Of a DNA stretch of 64,000 bases, positions 20,861-30,259 are shown piece by piece. The stretch comes from Nitrosopumilaceae archaeon (GTDB lineage Archaea > Thermoproteota > Nitrososphaeria > Nitrososphaerales > Nitrosopumilaceae): the NCBI GenBank assembly GCA_965214835.1, contig CBDCCK010000002.1:2400001-2464000 (forward strand), written 5' to 3'. The notes beneath the pieces were generated by a model. The model was not told the origin of the DNA. It saw only the letters and a list, made by a program, of their open reading frames with translations, and ran no database searches. The number at the start of each line of letters is the position of its first letter. Positions within the stretch are counted from its first letter, which is position 1. Made by a program: the position numbers and the translations under genes.

Positions 20861-21718
20861 GTGATAAACTCCCCTCTCAGATATCCCGGAGGAAAAGGCA
20901 AGCTGGCAAGATTCATCGCAACGCTGTGCGAAAAGAACAATGCAGGTGGTCATTATGTGGAGCCATATGCAGGGGGCGCAGGTGTTGCACTATACCTGCT
21001 GTTCAACGAGTATGTGGGGAAGGCAACCATAAACGACATTGACAGATCCATCTATGCATTCTGGCATTCCATACTCAACAACACCGAAAAGTTCTGCGAT
21101 CGAATCGAGAGAACCGAGATAACCATGGAAAACTGGGATCGGTTCAGAAAAATCCAGGACAACAAGGAAAAATGCCCACTCTTCGATCTTGGATTCTCGA
21201 CGTTTTTCCTCAACAGGACCAACCGCTCTGGCATAATCGACGGCGGAATGATCGGCGGAAGGGCGCAAAAGGGGGAGTATCGCATGGACTGCCGCTTCAA
21301 CAAGGAGGAGTTGATTTGGAGGATAAGACGAATCGCAGGGTACCGTGGCAGGATCCGTCTTTACAACATCGATGCCATGGATCTGGTTCAAAAAATCAAG
21401 CACGAGCAGATCACAGAAGACACGATTTTTTACTTTGATCCGCCATATTATACAAAGGGGCCATCCCTGTACATGAATCACTACCAAAAAGACGACCACA
21501 AAAGGGTTGCAAAGGAGATAGGGAGGATCAAACGGTCCAGATGGATAGTCTCATACGACGACGTCCCGGAGATAAGAGATCTATACCGTGGCTATGATAG
21601 AAAAAAATACCCGCTGGTTCATACTGCATACAACAGACGCAGCTCCGGGGAGGTGCTTTTTTTCAGCCATGGCCTGAAAAACACAAAAGCCGCACCGGTA
21701 TGCGGCAGGCAGTCCTAG
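20861..21718 (+). CDS. DNA adenine methyltransferase (Dam/D12 class)
   Basis: SPLRYPGGK, YVEPYAGGA, INDID, LNRTNRSG, YFDPPY, WIVSYD. Confidence 0.93.
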   Translation: MINSPLRYPGGKGKLARFIATLCEKNNAGGHYVEPYAGGAGVALYLLFNEYVGKATINDIDRSIYAFWHSILNNTEKFCDRIERTEITMENWDRFRKIQDNKEKCPLFDLGFSTFFLNRTNRSGIIDGGMIGGRAQKGEYRMDCRFNKEELIWRIRRIAGYRGRIRLYNIDAMDLVQKIKHEQITEDTIFYFDPPYYTKGPSLYMNHYQKDDHKRVAKEIGRIKRSRWIVSYDDVPEIRDLYRGYDRKKYPLVHTAYNRRSSGEVLFFSHGLKNTKAAPVCGRQS

Positions 21719-21793
21719 CACACACCGGTGATCGGGTCTCCCCAGTGCATCCGGTCCCACGCCTGTCATGCGTTTGTTGCGCGGGTCGGCAAC

Positions 21794-21871
21794 AGACCTT
21801 GCGTATAATCTGCATAGATCAAAAAAATCAGGCAGCTTTTACGCGGTTTTTGGCAAATACGCACAAGGCCT
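21794..21871. mobile_element. 78-bp degenerate MITE of the AGACC-ended IS5 element
   Basis: AGACCTTGCGTATAATC ... ATACGCACAAGGCCT; same length as the copy at 55624. Confidence 0.6.
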
Positions 21872-21914
21872 ACATATGGTTAGCCCGCATGTTAGATGCA
21901 TGCATTGGCCAAGC

Positions 21915-22024
21915 CAGCTAAGTGAAACGTAAGCGAGATTTGCTGTTTTGCCTTGCTGCTGAGGAGTTGCGCCTCATGCCAGTTTTTGTTTTTGCGCGAT
22001 TTCAGGGTACTTTTCACTTAGCTG
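21915..22024. mobile_element. About 110-bp MITE, CAGCYAAGTGAAA family, copy 1
   Basis: 13-bp TIR; 5-bp TSD CAAGC. Confidence 0.85.
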
Positions 22025-22222
22025 CAAGCTTGCCGGAATGCGTTCTACAGGAGGCGTCTTTCCGTTTGTCATCTTTACGGCCTCTAGGCATACCTTGTAG
22101 AAATCCTTGCCCAATGCGACGATCTTCCTGCCCACAATCGCAATCCACTTTTCCATGCATGGCTCGATGTCCTTCAGACTCAGAGACTCTAAAAACCCAC
22201 ATTCCACACTTGGCATTACCAC
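21974..22222 (-). CDS. DUF5678-like small protein whose C-terminus is replaced by a MITE
   Basis: KWIAIVGRKIVALGKDF..V..EA pattern; the empty site would end RIPASLANACI*. Confidence 0.6.
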   Translation of the reverse strand: MVMPSVECGFLESLSLKDIEPCMEKWIAIVGRKIVALGKDFYKVCLEAVKMTNGKTPPVERIPASLQLSEKYPEIAQKQKLA

Positions 22223-22354
22223 CGGTTCTCACTGCATGCAGCATGCAAGTCTGCTATTAAAGACAGTATGGCTGCGGTAAGAGTTTTGCACCCCCAGGCG
22301 GGCATTACCTATCCCGGAGGCACGGCCATAAGGATCCATGCCATATCTTCTGAC

Positions 22355-22466
22355 CAGCCAAGTGAAATGTGCCAAAAAACCGAGTAAAAGCAAAAACCGG
22401 ACAAGAGGTGCAACACCTCGATAGCAAGACAAAAACAACAAATCTCACTTACATTTCACTTGCCTG
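22355..22466. mobile_element. MITE, CAGCYAAGTGAAA family, copy 2
   Basis: Same TIR and internal similarity, opposite orientation; no TSD. Confidence 0.75.
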
Positions 22467-22510
22467 AGGATTTCCAATCATTTTTTAATGAACGGCTACC
22501 AGAATAATGC

Positions 22511-23308
22511 ATGGGGGACGGAGAGAGGAAGGCGCTGGGATTTGTCAATCCCGAAAAAGGCGCCAGGCATTACATCCGCAGGTACCTAAACGAGCCAAAA
22601 TACAGGGACTGGTTCCATAGAAACTATCCCGACTATACAATCCACCAGGGAATCGGAATCTCAGAGGAGGAGTTCAAAAAGATCTCTAATGAGTTGGCGG
22701 GGCACGAGGCTCCTGCAGAGCACGCCGCCAAAGCCCGTGAGACGGCCGTACAAGGCAGTGCGAATGTGGATCAAAATGGGGACGATGGACTGACCCGGCT
22801 AAAGCAGTTGGCCGAGCAAATCAAGCAGGAAGACTCGGACTCGTTTTCAGAGGAGGATGAAAAGAAAATACAGCCCAAGGGGGAGGATCTTGCAAAGACG
22901 GTTTTTGACTCATACTCAGACGAGGGCGGAGGCTATGACAGGCGCACGTTTGAGGAGTTTGTAGACGAGAGAGTCCTGGTAAGCAGGGATCTGTTTGGCA
23001 AAAAAGAGATGAAGATCAAGATTCTGGAGGTCTCCGACGAGATCCAGGAGTCAAAGATCAGGTGGAAGTTCGGGGACCGGGTAAAGGTCAACAAGATTTT
23101 GGTTACAGTAAAGCACCTGGACAGCATGGAGGTGGAGGAAGGCGAGTTTGACATCGAGGCAATCGAGAAGGAGCTCGCCGAGAAGAGGCACTATTCATCG
23201 ACGAACCGCTGGATACCCTCGGGGGACATCAAAAACGGATACGTGGTCAACTCAAAACATACTGCACTGATCAGCGATGCAGTAGCCCTGGACTATATCG
23301 TGTTCTAG
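22511..23308 (+). CDS. Conserved thaumarchaeal-type hypothetical protein
   Basis: 265-aa acidic ORF; N-terminal FVNPEK..HYIRRY..EP.YRDWF..NYP motif. Confidence 0.8.
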   Translation: MGDGERKALGFVNPEKGARHYIRRYLNEPKYRDWFHRNYPDYTIHQGIGISEEEFKKISNELAGHEAPAEHAAKARETAVQGSANVDQNGDDGLTRLKQLAEQIKQEDSDSFSEEDEKKIQPKGEDLAKTVFDSYSDEGGGYDRRTFEEFVDERVLVSRDLFGKKEMKIKILEVSDEIQESKIRWKFGDRVKVNKILVTVKHLDSMEVEEGEFDIEAIEKELAEKRHYSSTNRWIPSGDIKNGYVVNSKHTALISDAVALDYIVF

Positions 23309-23557
23309 ACACGTCAAAAACCTTGAATTCTTTTCGCCCAACATGTATCAATGACTATAGCACGCACGTCAAAAACTGCAGCATAATTTTGACGCATCGT
23401 GCATATTTCGATGAGAAAAGAGCCTTTTCAACCGTGCGCATTATGTCAACCCGATTTTCCGGCTCATTCCAAGGTGCCCGGAACATGTTATCGACAGTTT
23501 GGCACTTGCAGTTGGGATTTGAAATGCAGGCCCTGCCACGGAACTAGGGAGCAAGTC

Positions 23558-23665
23558 CAGCCAAGTGAAATGTAAACGGGATTATTGCTTTTGTCCTGTT
23601 GAGGCATCGTGCCTCCTGTCCAGATTCTGTTTTTACTCGATTTCTTGGTACTTTTCACTTGGCTG
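23558..23665. mobile_element. MITE, CAGCYAAGTGAAA family, copy 3
   Basis: TIR CAGCCAAGTGAAA/TTTCACTTGGCTG; 5-bp TSD AAGTC. Confidence 0.85.
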
Positions 23666-24222
23666 AAGTCAGCACAACTTTCATGTGTGCGCCTTGTAGA
23701 TGCCTCGGTGTCCCAAAAACTTTCCAAGGCGTTCTATCTGCCTGTCTCTTTTTACTTTCCTGATCCATGCAAACGCGGCCTCTGCTATTATCACGACCAT
23801 GCCTCCTGTTTGTCATGGGACTGGGAGACGGTAGGTGAAAGGCCATCACCTAAAGGCACCTGCAGTAGACACGAAGGATCTGAGCCAAGGCCGGGGCAAT
23901 TTGACAGGACCTGAAAATTAGCTTGTCGCATAACCGTGCCTGAACGTGTAAAAACAGGCGGTCTCTTGTGTCAAGTCAGGGCTTGTGTAACAGACTATGG
24001 AAATGGCGCGCTTATTGGATGGCTTTTGTGCATGCAAAACGTGACGGGCAAAGAGAAAAAGAAGGAGAATCAAAGAGGTGGCAGAACGATGCATAAATGA
24101 CAACAAGCTGATCTTCAATGCACTGTCCAAAATACGACGGTACATCTTACCGCCGATGACGTGCCGGGCCTGCACCACGTTGCCAAGAAAACCTTTAAAG
24201 ACCAATATCTAGAAGCTCACTT

Positions 24223-24528
24223 GTGATTACAAAGACGGTTGAGGCAAACGGTGCAAAGTTTAGGATTACGCTCACTGATCAGGTCATAAGCCAGGTAAAC
24301 AGCCTAAAGGATCTGTACAATACGGCGTATGAGGATCCGGAAAGCTTTGAGCAGGTAAGCTCGGAGATATCCTCAACCATACAGGACATTTCCACGGCAG
24401 TAGATCCAGAGCCCTCCGGCAGTGATCTAGACGACCTGATTCAGGAGATAATCAAGGTCGTGGACAACAAGGCCGCAGAAATGCAAAAAGAACTGGAGGA
24501 AAGGCCCGCAAAAAGATCCAAAAAATAA
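24223..24528 (+). CDS. Conserved hypothetical protein
   Basis: 101-aa acidic ORF with a basic tail, after an AT-rich promoter-like region. Confidence 0.75.
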   Translation: MITKTVEANGAKFRITLTDQVISQVNSLKDLYNTAYEDPESFEQVSSEISSTIQDISTAVDPEPSGSDLDDLIQEIIKVVDNKAAEMQKELEERPAKRSKK

Positions 24529-24576
24529 CCTAAATATAGAAAAATTCAAGAACTAGGCCGAGGCAATACAAGGGGG

Positions 24577-24711
24577 ATGAAAATGGTCAATAGCTGCGAG
24601 TGCGGGATATGTGGGCATCACGAGGAGGCAGAATGCCTGAAAAGCGAGTGTCGGTGCTGTCTGAACTTTCACGAGAGATCCGGCCCCCGCATCAGGAATC
24701 AGTCCGCGTAG
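24577..24711 (+). CDS. 44-aa Cys/His-rich small protein (below the ORF-track cutoff)
   Basis: MKMVNSCECGICGHHEEAECLKSECRCCLNFHERSGPRIRNQSA*; 7 Cys, 3 His. Confidence 0.6.
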   Translation: MKMVNSCECGICGHHEEAECLKSECRCCLNFHERSGPRIRNQSA

Positions 24712-24796
24712 CAGCTGCACCTTTTTGCGGCGTGCCTGCCGCAGCCAACCAGCCTGTGATCCCGGCACCCGCACAAGACGCATCTTTTTTCGGCCA

Positions 24797-25171
24797 TCAC
24801 AAGTCCTCCATGATGTGGCGTATTTTGTTAACCAGCCTTCTGTCAACAAAGGACTCTAGGATCTTGAGGCGGATGTTGTGAATCCTGTTTGCATCCTCAG
24901 AGTACAGGGGCGACATCATCCTGATTTCATGCTCAAAGGAGTACGTGTTGATATAGTCTTCGGCAGCAGCTGCCAGCTCCTTGTGGCTGGCCCGGGGGGA
25001 TTTTGAGTCCTCCACCCTGTTGACGATTGCCTGAAACAGTGCCGTGATCCTGGCAATTTCCTTGTTGATTATGGGGAGATCCCCGGGCCTGTCCTCTAGC
25101 TCAGACAGCCTCTGGTGGGAGTCCAAAACCCGGCCCAAGACATCCCTAAAGTACTCGTCATACGTGACCAT
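24797..25171 (-). CDS. Conserved hypothetical protein
   Basis: 124-aa helical ORF, divergent from thrC. Confidence 0.75.
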   Translation of the reverse strand: MVTYDEYFRDVLGRVLDSHQRLSELEDRPGDLPIINKEIARITALFQAIVNRVEDSKSPRASHKELAAAAEDYINTYSFEHEIRMMSPLYSEDANRIHNIRLKILESFVDRRLVNKIRHIMEDL

Positions 25172-25235
25172 GTCTGGTATAGAAAATCCAATAATCTTAA
25201 AGCTTCGTAGCCTCTGGCAGTCTAGTATCTTTAAA

Positions 25236-26594
25236 TTGGAACGCCCACAGTCAGAAGCGTTGCAGTCTGCTTACCTGAAATGCATCGAGCCGGCATGCGG
25301 GCTGGAGTATCCGATAGGGGAGGTCAGGGTCGAGTGCGACAAGGGACACCTCCTGGATGTCATGTACGGGCAAAGGCCAAGCCCGTCCCTGAAGGATGCG
25401 TTTTTGCAGAGGAGAAACCCGGGCGGGAGCATCTTCAACGAAAGCGGGGTATGGCGGTTCAGGGAGCTGCTCAACTTTTGCCAGATCGATACCGAGAACC
25501 TAGACGAGTGCGCAGAAAAACTGGTCTCTCTAGACGGGGCAGAGGGAAGGCAGTCAAAGCCGTACCAGATGTCAAAGCCTGCAGAGTTCACAGGACTGCC
25601 CACAGAAGGCCTGTGGCTGCAGCCAGAGGGGTACAACCCGAGCGGCTCCTTTAAGGACAACGGGATGGCGACCGCGGTGACGCATGCAAAGATGGCAGGG
25701 GCAGAGAAAATCGTATGCGCATCCACGGGAAACACCTCGGCATCTGCAGGGATGTTTGCCGCAAACGAGGGGATCAGCTGTGACGTCTACATCCCTGCAG
25801 GCCAGATTGCGCCGGGCAAGCTGAGCCAGGCATACCAGTTTGGGGCGCAGATAGTCCAGGTCGATGGAAACTTTGATGATGCACTGAGGCAGTCGCTGGA
25901 CGAGGCAAAGAACCACGGCGGATACACGGTCAACTCGATCAATCCGTTCAGGATAGAGGGACAAAAGACGATCCCCTTTAGGGCCCTGGAGTATCTGGAC
26001 TGGGAGGCCCCCGACTGGATCGTCTACCCCGGCGGGGCACTTGGAAACACGTCTAGCTGCGGAAAGGCGCTGATGGAGCTGTACGAGTGGGGCTGGATAA
26101 AAAAAATCCCAAGAATTGCGGTAATCAATGCAGAGGGCGCAAGCACGCTTTCGGACCTGTACAACGGGGGGTTCGAGGGCGAGAGGCTGCGCTGGAACCG
26201 GGGGAGGCCAAACACGGGGTTGATTGCAAGATACTATGATCACCTTGACAGGGAGGGCATACGCCCCAAAACAAAGGCAACTGCAATCCAGATCGGCAGG
26301 CCCGCAAACATCCTCAAGGGCCTGCGCGCACTGGAGTTTACCGACGGCGTTGTGACTACGGTAACCGATGCGGAAATGCTTGACGGCATGTCCGTAGTGG
26401 GGCTGAACGGGTTTGACTGCGAGATGGCATCAGGCGCATCGCCTGCAGGGATCAGAAAGCTGATCGGCGAGGAGATCATCAAAAGAGACGATGTCGTGGT
26501 GGGAATCCTGACGGGGAGGCAAAAAGACGCGATGCTACCCGTGGACTATCACAACAACCCGCAAAACAGGTTTGCAGTACCCCCGAGAAACTAG
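25236..26594 (+). CDS. thrC: Threonine synthase
   Basis: GVWRFRELL, NPSGSFKDNG, CASTGNTSAS, NSINPFRIEGQKT, ATAIQIGRP; start approximate. Confidence 0.92.
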   Translation: MERPQSEALQSAYLKCIEPACGLEYPIGEVRVECDKGHLLDVMYGQRPSPSLKDAFLQRRNPGGSIFNESGVWRFRELLNFCQIDTENLDECAEKLVSLDGAEGRQSKPYQMSKPAEFTGLPTEGLWLQPEGYNPSGSFKDNGMATAVTHAKMAGAEKIVCASTGNTSASAGMFAANEGISCDVYIPAGQIAPGKLSQAYQFGAQIVQVDGNFDDALRQSLDEAKNHGGYTVNSINPFRIEGQKTIPFRALEYLDWEAPDWIVYPGGALGNTSSCGKALMELYEWGWIKKIPRIAVINAEGASTLSDLYNGGFEGERLRWNRGRPNTGLIARYYDHLDREGIRPKTKATAIQIGRPANILKGLRALEFTDGVVTTVTDAEMLDGMSVVGLNGFDCEMASGASPAGIRKLIGEEIIKRDDVVVGILTGRQKDAMLPVDYHNNPQNRFAVPPRN

Positions 26595-26598
26595 GCCC

Positions 26599-26707
26599 CG
26601 CACCCGTGGGATGCAGACAGGCCCGCATCATGAGCGAACCATGGAAGATGCGTTGAACGCAAAACAGAGGGCGCACCCGTGGGATGCAGACAGGCCCGCA
26701 TCATGAG
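26599..26707. repeat. 36-bp exact direct repeat x2 around a 37-bp unique spacer
   Basis: CGCACCCGTGGGATGCAGACAGGCCCGCATCATGAG at 26599-26634 and 26672-26707. Confidence 0.95.
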
Positions 26708-26966
26708 GCTTCCACTGTCAGGCCCCCCATGCAGGGGCGCAACGGATCCGATCTTGGGGGCCTGGGTTGTGCGATTGCGTTCCCGTACCGGCCATGCACG
26801 AGAAGCCACGTGCATGTGTGGGGGCCGATCCGTCATGCTGGCTGCGACGGGGGCTTTAGCACAGTGAAAGCCTGTGCCTAATGGGTCGGGACAGGCTGCC
26901 GTGTGCCGGCCGTGCGGTCTAAAACTTAAAGCAGACCGTGTCCTACCGGTTTCATTGGAGAGGATC

Positions 26967-28703
26967 ATGATACTTGTGCTGGCGGCACTGGCGGCACTTG
27001 TCCCCGTATCCACGGCGCATGCAGATGCCGGCCAGGATCCGGCGCGGGCCCAGATCACGGCCGCCATGGAGCTGTACGGCGAGTCCGGGCTTGAGGCCAT
27101 AACAATGCACAGCGACAGGGAGCACTATCCGTTTGTGCTTGACAGGGGCGGCAATGTGCTGGCACACGGGGCAAACCCATCCCTTGTGGGGACGTACGCC
27201 ATGGACAGCATACGTCCTGACAAGACGCTGGAGCAGATAAACGCAGAGCTTGACGCCGACGGGGAGGCTAGGATATACTATGAGTTCCTGAATCCTGCTA
27301 GTGGCCGAGACGAGCTCAAGCACACGCTGCTGGTTCTGCATGACGGGTACATCTTTGGCAGTGGAACATATGCTGTCAGGCATGACCCGCCTGCAATGCA
27401 GTACCGGGACGGGGTATTTCTCTCTGCCATAAAGTGCAACGCGCCAAGGGAGCCGTTTCTGATGGACTCTGAGACGCCAGTATGCCTGAGGCCCACCTCG
27501 TACGAAAGGCTCTCAGAGCGCGGACATGATCTGATCGCGTACGGATCCATACCGGACTCGGATTGGGCGATGCACACAGTTACGGTCGGTATACTTGCAC
27601 CCGTCAGCGGCGGTGCTGCCGGGTACGGCCAGGACATAGCGGAGGCGGCAAAGATGGCCGCAGGTGACTTTAACGCGGTGCTAGAGGAGGGCGGCCACCC
27701 GTGGCGCCTTGATGCCACAGTATATGATACGGGTACCGACGGCAGCAGGGAGCTGGAGGGCATAAAGGCGCTAAGGGAGCAAGGAGTCCGGCTGGTCGTC
27801 GGCCCCTCAATTGACATCTTTGAGAGGGATGTGATAGACTATGCCGATGACGGCGGCATGCTGCTTTTTAGCTGCTGCTCGGTCGTGACCGGCTATGCCA
27901 CTGCAGGAGACTCGCTGATGCGCATGATATCTGATCACCGCGGCCACGGCGAGGCGCTTGCCCGGCTTATTGCAGTCGAGGGAATAAAGGTCGTGGTTCC
28001 CGCAGGCAGGGACGGCATATGGGTAACCGATCTCATGGACAGCACGAATGAGGTGTTCATCGAGGCAGGCGGCTCACAACCAGAATCCGGCGAGGGCTAC
28101 GGGGCTGATGGATTTGAGGGGGGCCTGTTCTTGGAGCCAATACTATATGACGCATCCGGACGGTTTGAGCAGCGACACCTTGAGATGCTCTCAGAGGCCG
28201 TGTCCGGTCAGCTTGACACCTACGGTAAAGACAGGGTTGCAGTCATGTTCGTAGGCTTTGAGGAGACATATGACTTTTTAGAGGAGGCCTCAAAGTACGA
28301 GGTCTTGGCCGACGTCAGGTGGTTTGGCGCCGATGCCAACACGGTACCGGCTGGCAGCGCAGAGGCGCTAGGGTTTGCAGAGGCCGTCCAGTTTACCTCC
28401 GTCCAGCCCACTGTTCCGTACGGCGACGTGACCGAGGACGTGGATGCACGTATGGCCGAGATCCTCGGCAGGCAGCCAAGCGTGTATGCCTTCTTTGCGT
28501 ATGACGCCATGCGCCTGATCGGAGAGGCAGTCCTTGACGGTCAGACCAGCTCCGCCCCCGATGTCGCAGACGGGATCGTCCAGGCGGCCTCAGAGTACGA
28601 GGGCGCAAGCGGAGGCAGTATAGAGTTTAACGAGGCAGGAGACCGAATGGAGACTGCCTATGCCGTATGGCAGATCCAGGACGGCGCGTGGGTACGGCCC
28701 TGA
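26967..28703 (+). CDS. Secreted Cache-domain + type I periplasmic-binding-protein fusion
   Basis: Signal peptide; Cache (YPFVLD..G.VLAHG.NP..YEFLNPASG..K..HDGYIFGSG); small Cys domain; branched-chain amino acid PBP fold (VGILAPVSG, YDT, VVGP, AYDA, G.IEFNEAGDR). Confidence 0.85.
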   Translation: MILVLAALAALVPVSTAHADAGQDPARAQITAAMELYGESGLEAITMHSDREHYPFVLDRGGNVLAHGANPSLVGTYAMDSIRPDKTLEQINAELDADGEARIYYEFLNPASGRDELKHTLLVLHDGYIFGSGTYAVRHDPPAMQYRDGVFLSAIKCNAPREPFLMDSETPVCLRPTSYERLSERGHDLIAYGSIPDSDWAMHTVTVGILAPVSGGAAGYGQDIAEAAKMAAGDFNAVLEEGGHPWRLDATVYDTGTDGSRELEGIKALREQGVRLVVGPSIDIFERDVIDYADDGGMLLFSCCSVVTGYATAGDSLMRMISDHRGHGEALARLIAVEGIKVVVPAGRDGIWVTDLMDSTNEVFIEAGGSQPESGEGYGADGFEGGLFLEPILYDASGRFEQRHLEMLSEAVSGQLDTYGKDRVAVMFVGFEETYDFLEEASKYEVLADVRWFGADANTVPAGSAEALGFAEAVQFTSVQPTVPYGDVTEDVDARMAEILGRQPSVYAFFAYDAMRLIGEAVLDGQTSSAPDVADGIVQAASEYEGASGGSIEFNEAGDRMETAYAVWQIQDGAWVRP

Positions 28704-29008
28704 CAGGCGGCGAGTCTGGAACATGCGTCCCGGCACGAGCAGCGATACGGGTTCATCCCCAAACAACGGGGCACAGGTTTGCACCTGGGCGCACCGGAAC
28801 CGGGAGGCCTCAGGTGCGATCAGGAAAGGCGACCCAAAATGGACGTAGGATGCCGGCGATGGTGCGACATAATTTTCATATAATACACAAGACACAGAGC
28901 ATGTCAATCCTTAAAAGCGGGTTTTTCCAACCATCAATGCCAAACATGGTGGTATCAAAATCATAATGGGTAACCGTTGTAGTTATTCTAGCAGACTAGG
29001 GGGATCAG

Positions 29009-30259
29009 ATGGCTGATCTGTGGGTAGAGGCATCTGCGCTTGCCGTCTTGATCGGACTGTCCGGCTTTTTTAGCGGCCTGGAGGTGGCCTTGGTTGGAAC
29101 CAGGATCTCAAAGGTCACCCAGCTGGTAAACGAGGGCAGAAAGGGCGCCAAGGCGCTTCACAGGCTAAAGTCCAATCCGGGCTGGATGATGGCAAGCGTA
29201 AACCTTGGAAACAACCTGGTAAACGTGGGGGCATCGGCGCTGGCTACAAGCGTGGCAATCCGAATGTTTGGAGATGACGGCCTGGGAATCGCGGTGGGGA
29301 TCATGACGTTTCTGATCCTCGTGTTCGGGGAGATTACGCCAAAGACATACTGCAATGCCAACGCCACAAAGATTGCACTAAGGTTTGCCCCCGTCCTGCT
29401 GGCGTTCAGCTATGCACTATACCCAATAGTCAAGCTGTTTGAGTACATCACGCGGGGGGTGGTAAGGATGACTGGTAGCAGCTATGTTCCCCCCCCGATT
29501 ACCGAAGAGGAGATCAAGGGGGTAATTGATCAGGGCCTGGCCGAGAAGGCGCTGGAAAAGGACGAACGGGAGCTCGTACACGGGGCGCTGGAGTTTGACG
29601 ATACCGTAATCCGCAGCGTCATGACCCCTAGGATAAAGATGTTCACGCTCCATGCCAAGATGTTTCTGTTTGAGGCACTGCCACTGATAAACCAAAACGG
29701 CCACTCCAGGATTCCGATATACAAGGAAACAAGGGATGACATAATCGGCTTTATCCATGTCCGAGACGTGCTAAAGGAGATGGAAAGGGACAAGAAGATG
29801 GTAACGCTGGATCAGATTGCAAGGGAGCCGGTTTTCGTATCACAGGAAAAGCTTGTAAGCGGACTGCTAAAGGAGATGAAGGGGCGCAAGACGCACATTG
29901 CAATCGTAATTGACGAGCACGGGGGAGTCGAGGGCCTGGTCACACTAGAGGATCTGTTAGAGGAGATAGTCGGCGAGATCGAAGACGAGAGTGACAAGGC
30001 CAGACCCAAGGGATACAGGACAATTGATCAGGATACCATAATTGCAAACGGCGATATTGAGATTGACGAGATCAACAGGATCTTCAATACGAGCGTTCCG
30101 GAGGGGGACGACTATGCAACGCTGAACGGGCTGCTGCACGAGAGGCTGCAGGACATCCCCCAGGAGGGCGACAAGGTGGAGATAGACTCGCTTCGGATCA
30201 TAGTAGAGAAGGTATCAAAAAACAGGCCCGAGGAGGTCAGGATAGAGAAGACCGGCTAG
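29009..30259 (+). CDS. CNNM/CorC (hemolysin-family) Mg/Co transport protein
   Basis: SGFFSGLEVAL, GNNLVN, FGEITPK, VMTPR, HSRIP, IDEHGGVEGLVTLEDLLEEIVGEI. Confidence 0.92.
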   Translation: MADLWVEASALAVLIGLSGFFSGLEVALVGTRISKVTQLVNEGRKGAKALHRLKSNPGWMMASVNLGNNLVNVGASALATSVAIRMFGDDGLGIAVGIMTFLILVFGEITPKTYCNANATKIALRFAPVLLAFSYALYPIVKLFEYITRGVVRMTGSSYVPPPITEEEIKGVIDQGLAEKALEKDERELVHGALEFDDTVIRSVMTPRIKMFTLHAKMFLFEALPLINQNGHSRIPIYKETRDDIIGFIHVRDVLKEMERDKKMVTLDQIAREPVFVSQEKLVSGLLKEMKGRKTHIAIVIDEHGGVEGLVTLEDLLEEIVGEIEDESDKARPKGYRTIDQDTIIANGDIEIDEINRIFNTSVPEGDDYATLNGLLHERLQDIPQEGDKVEIDSLRIIVEKVSKNRPEEVRIEKTG

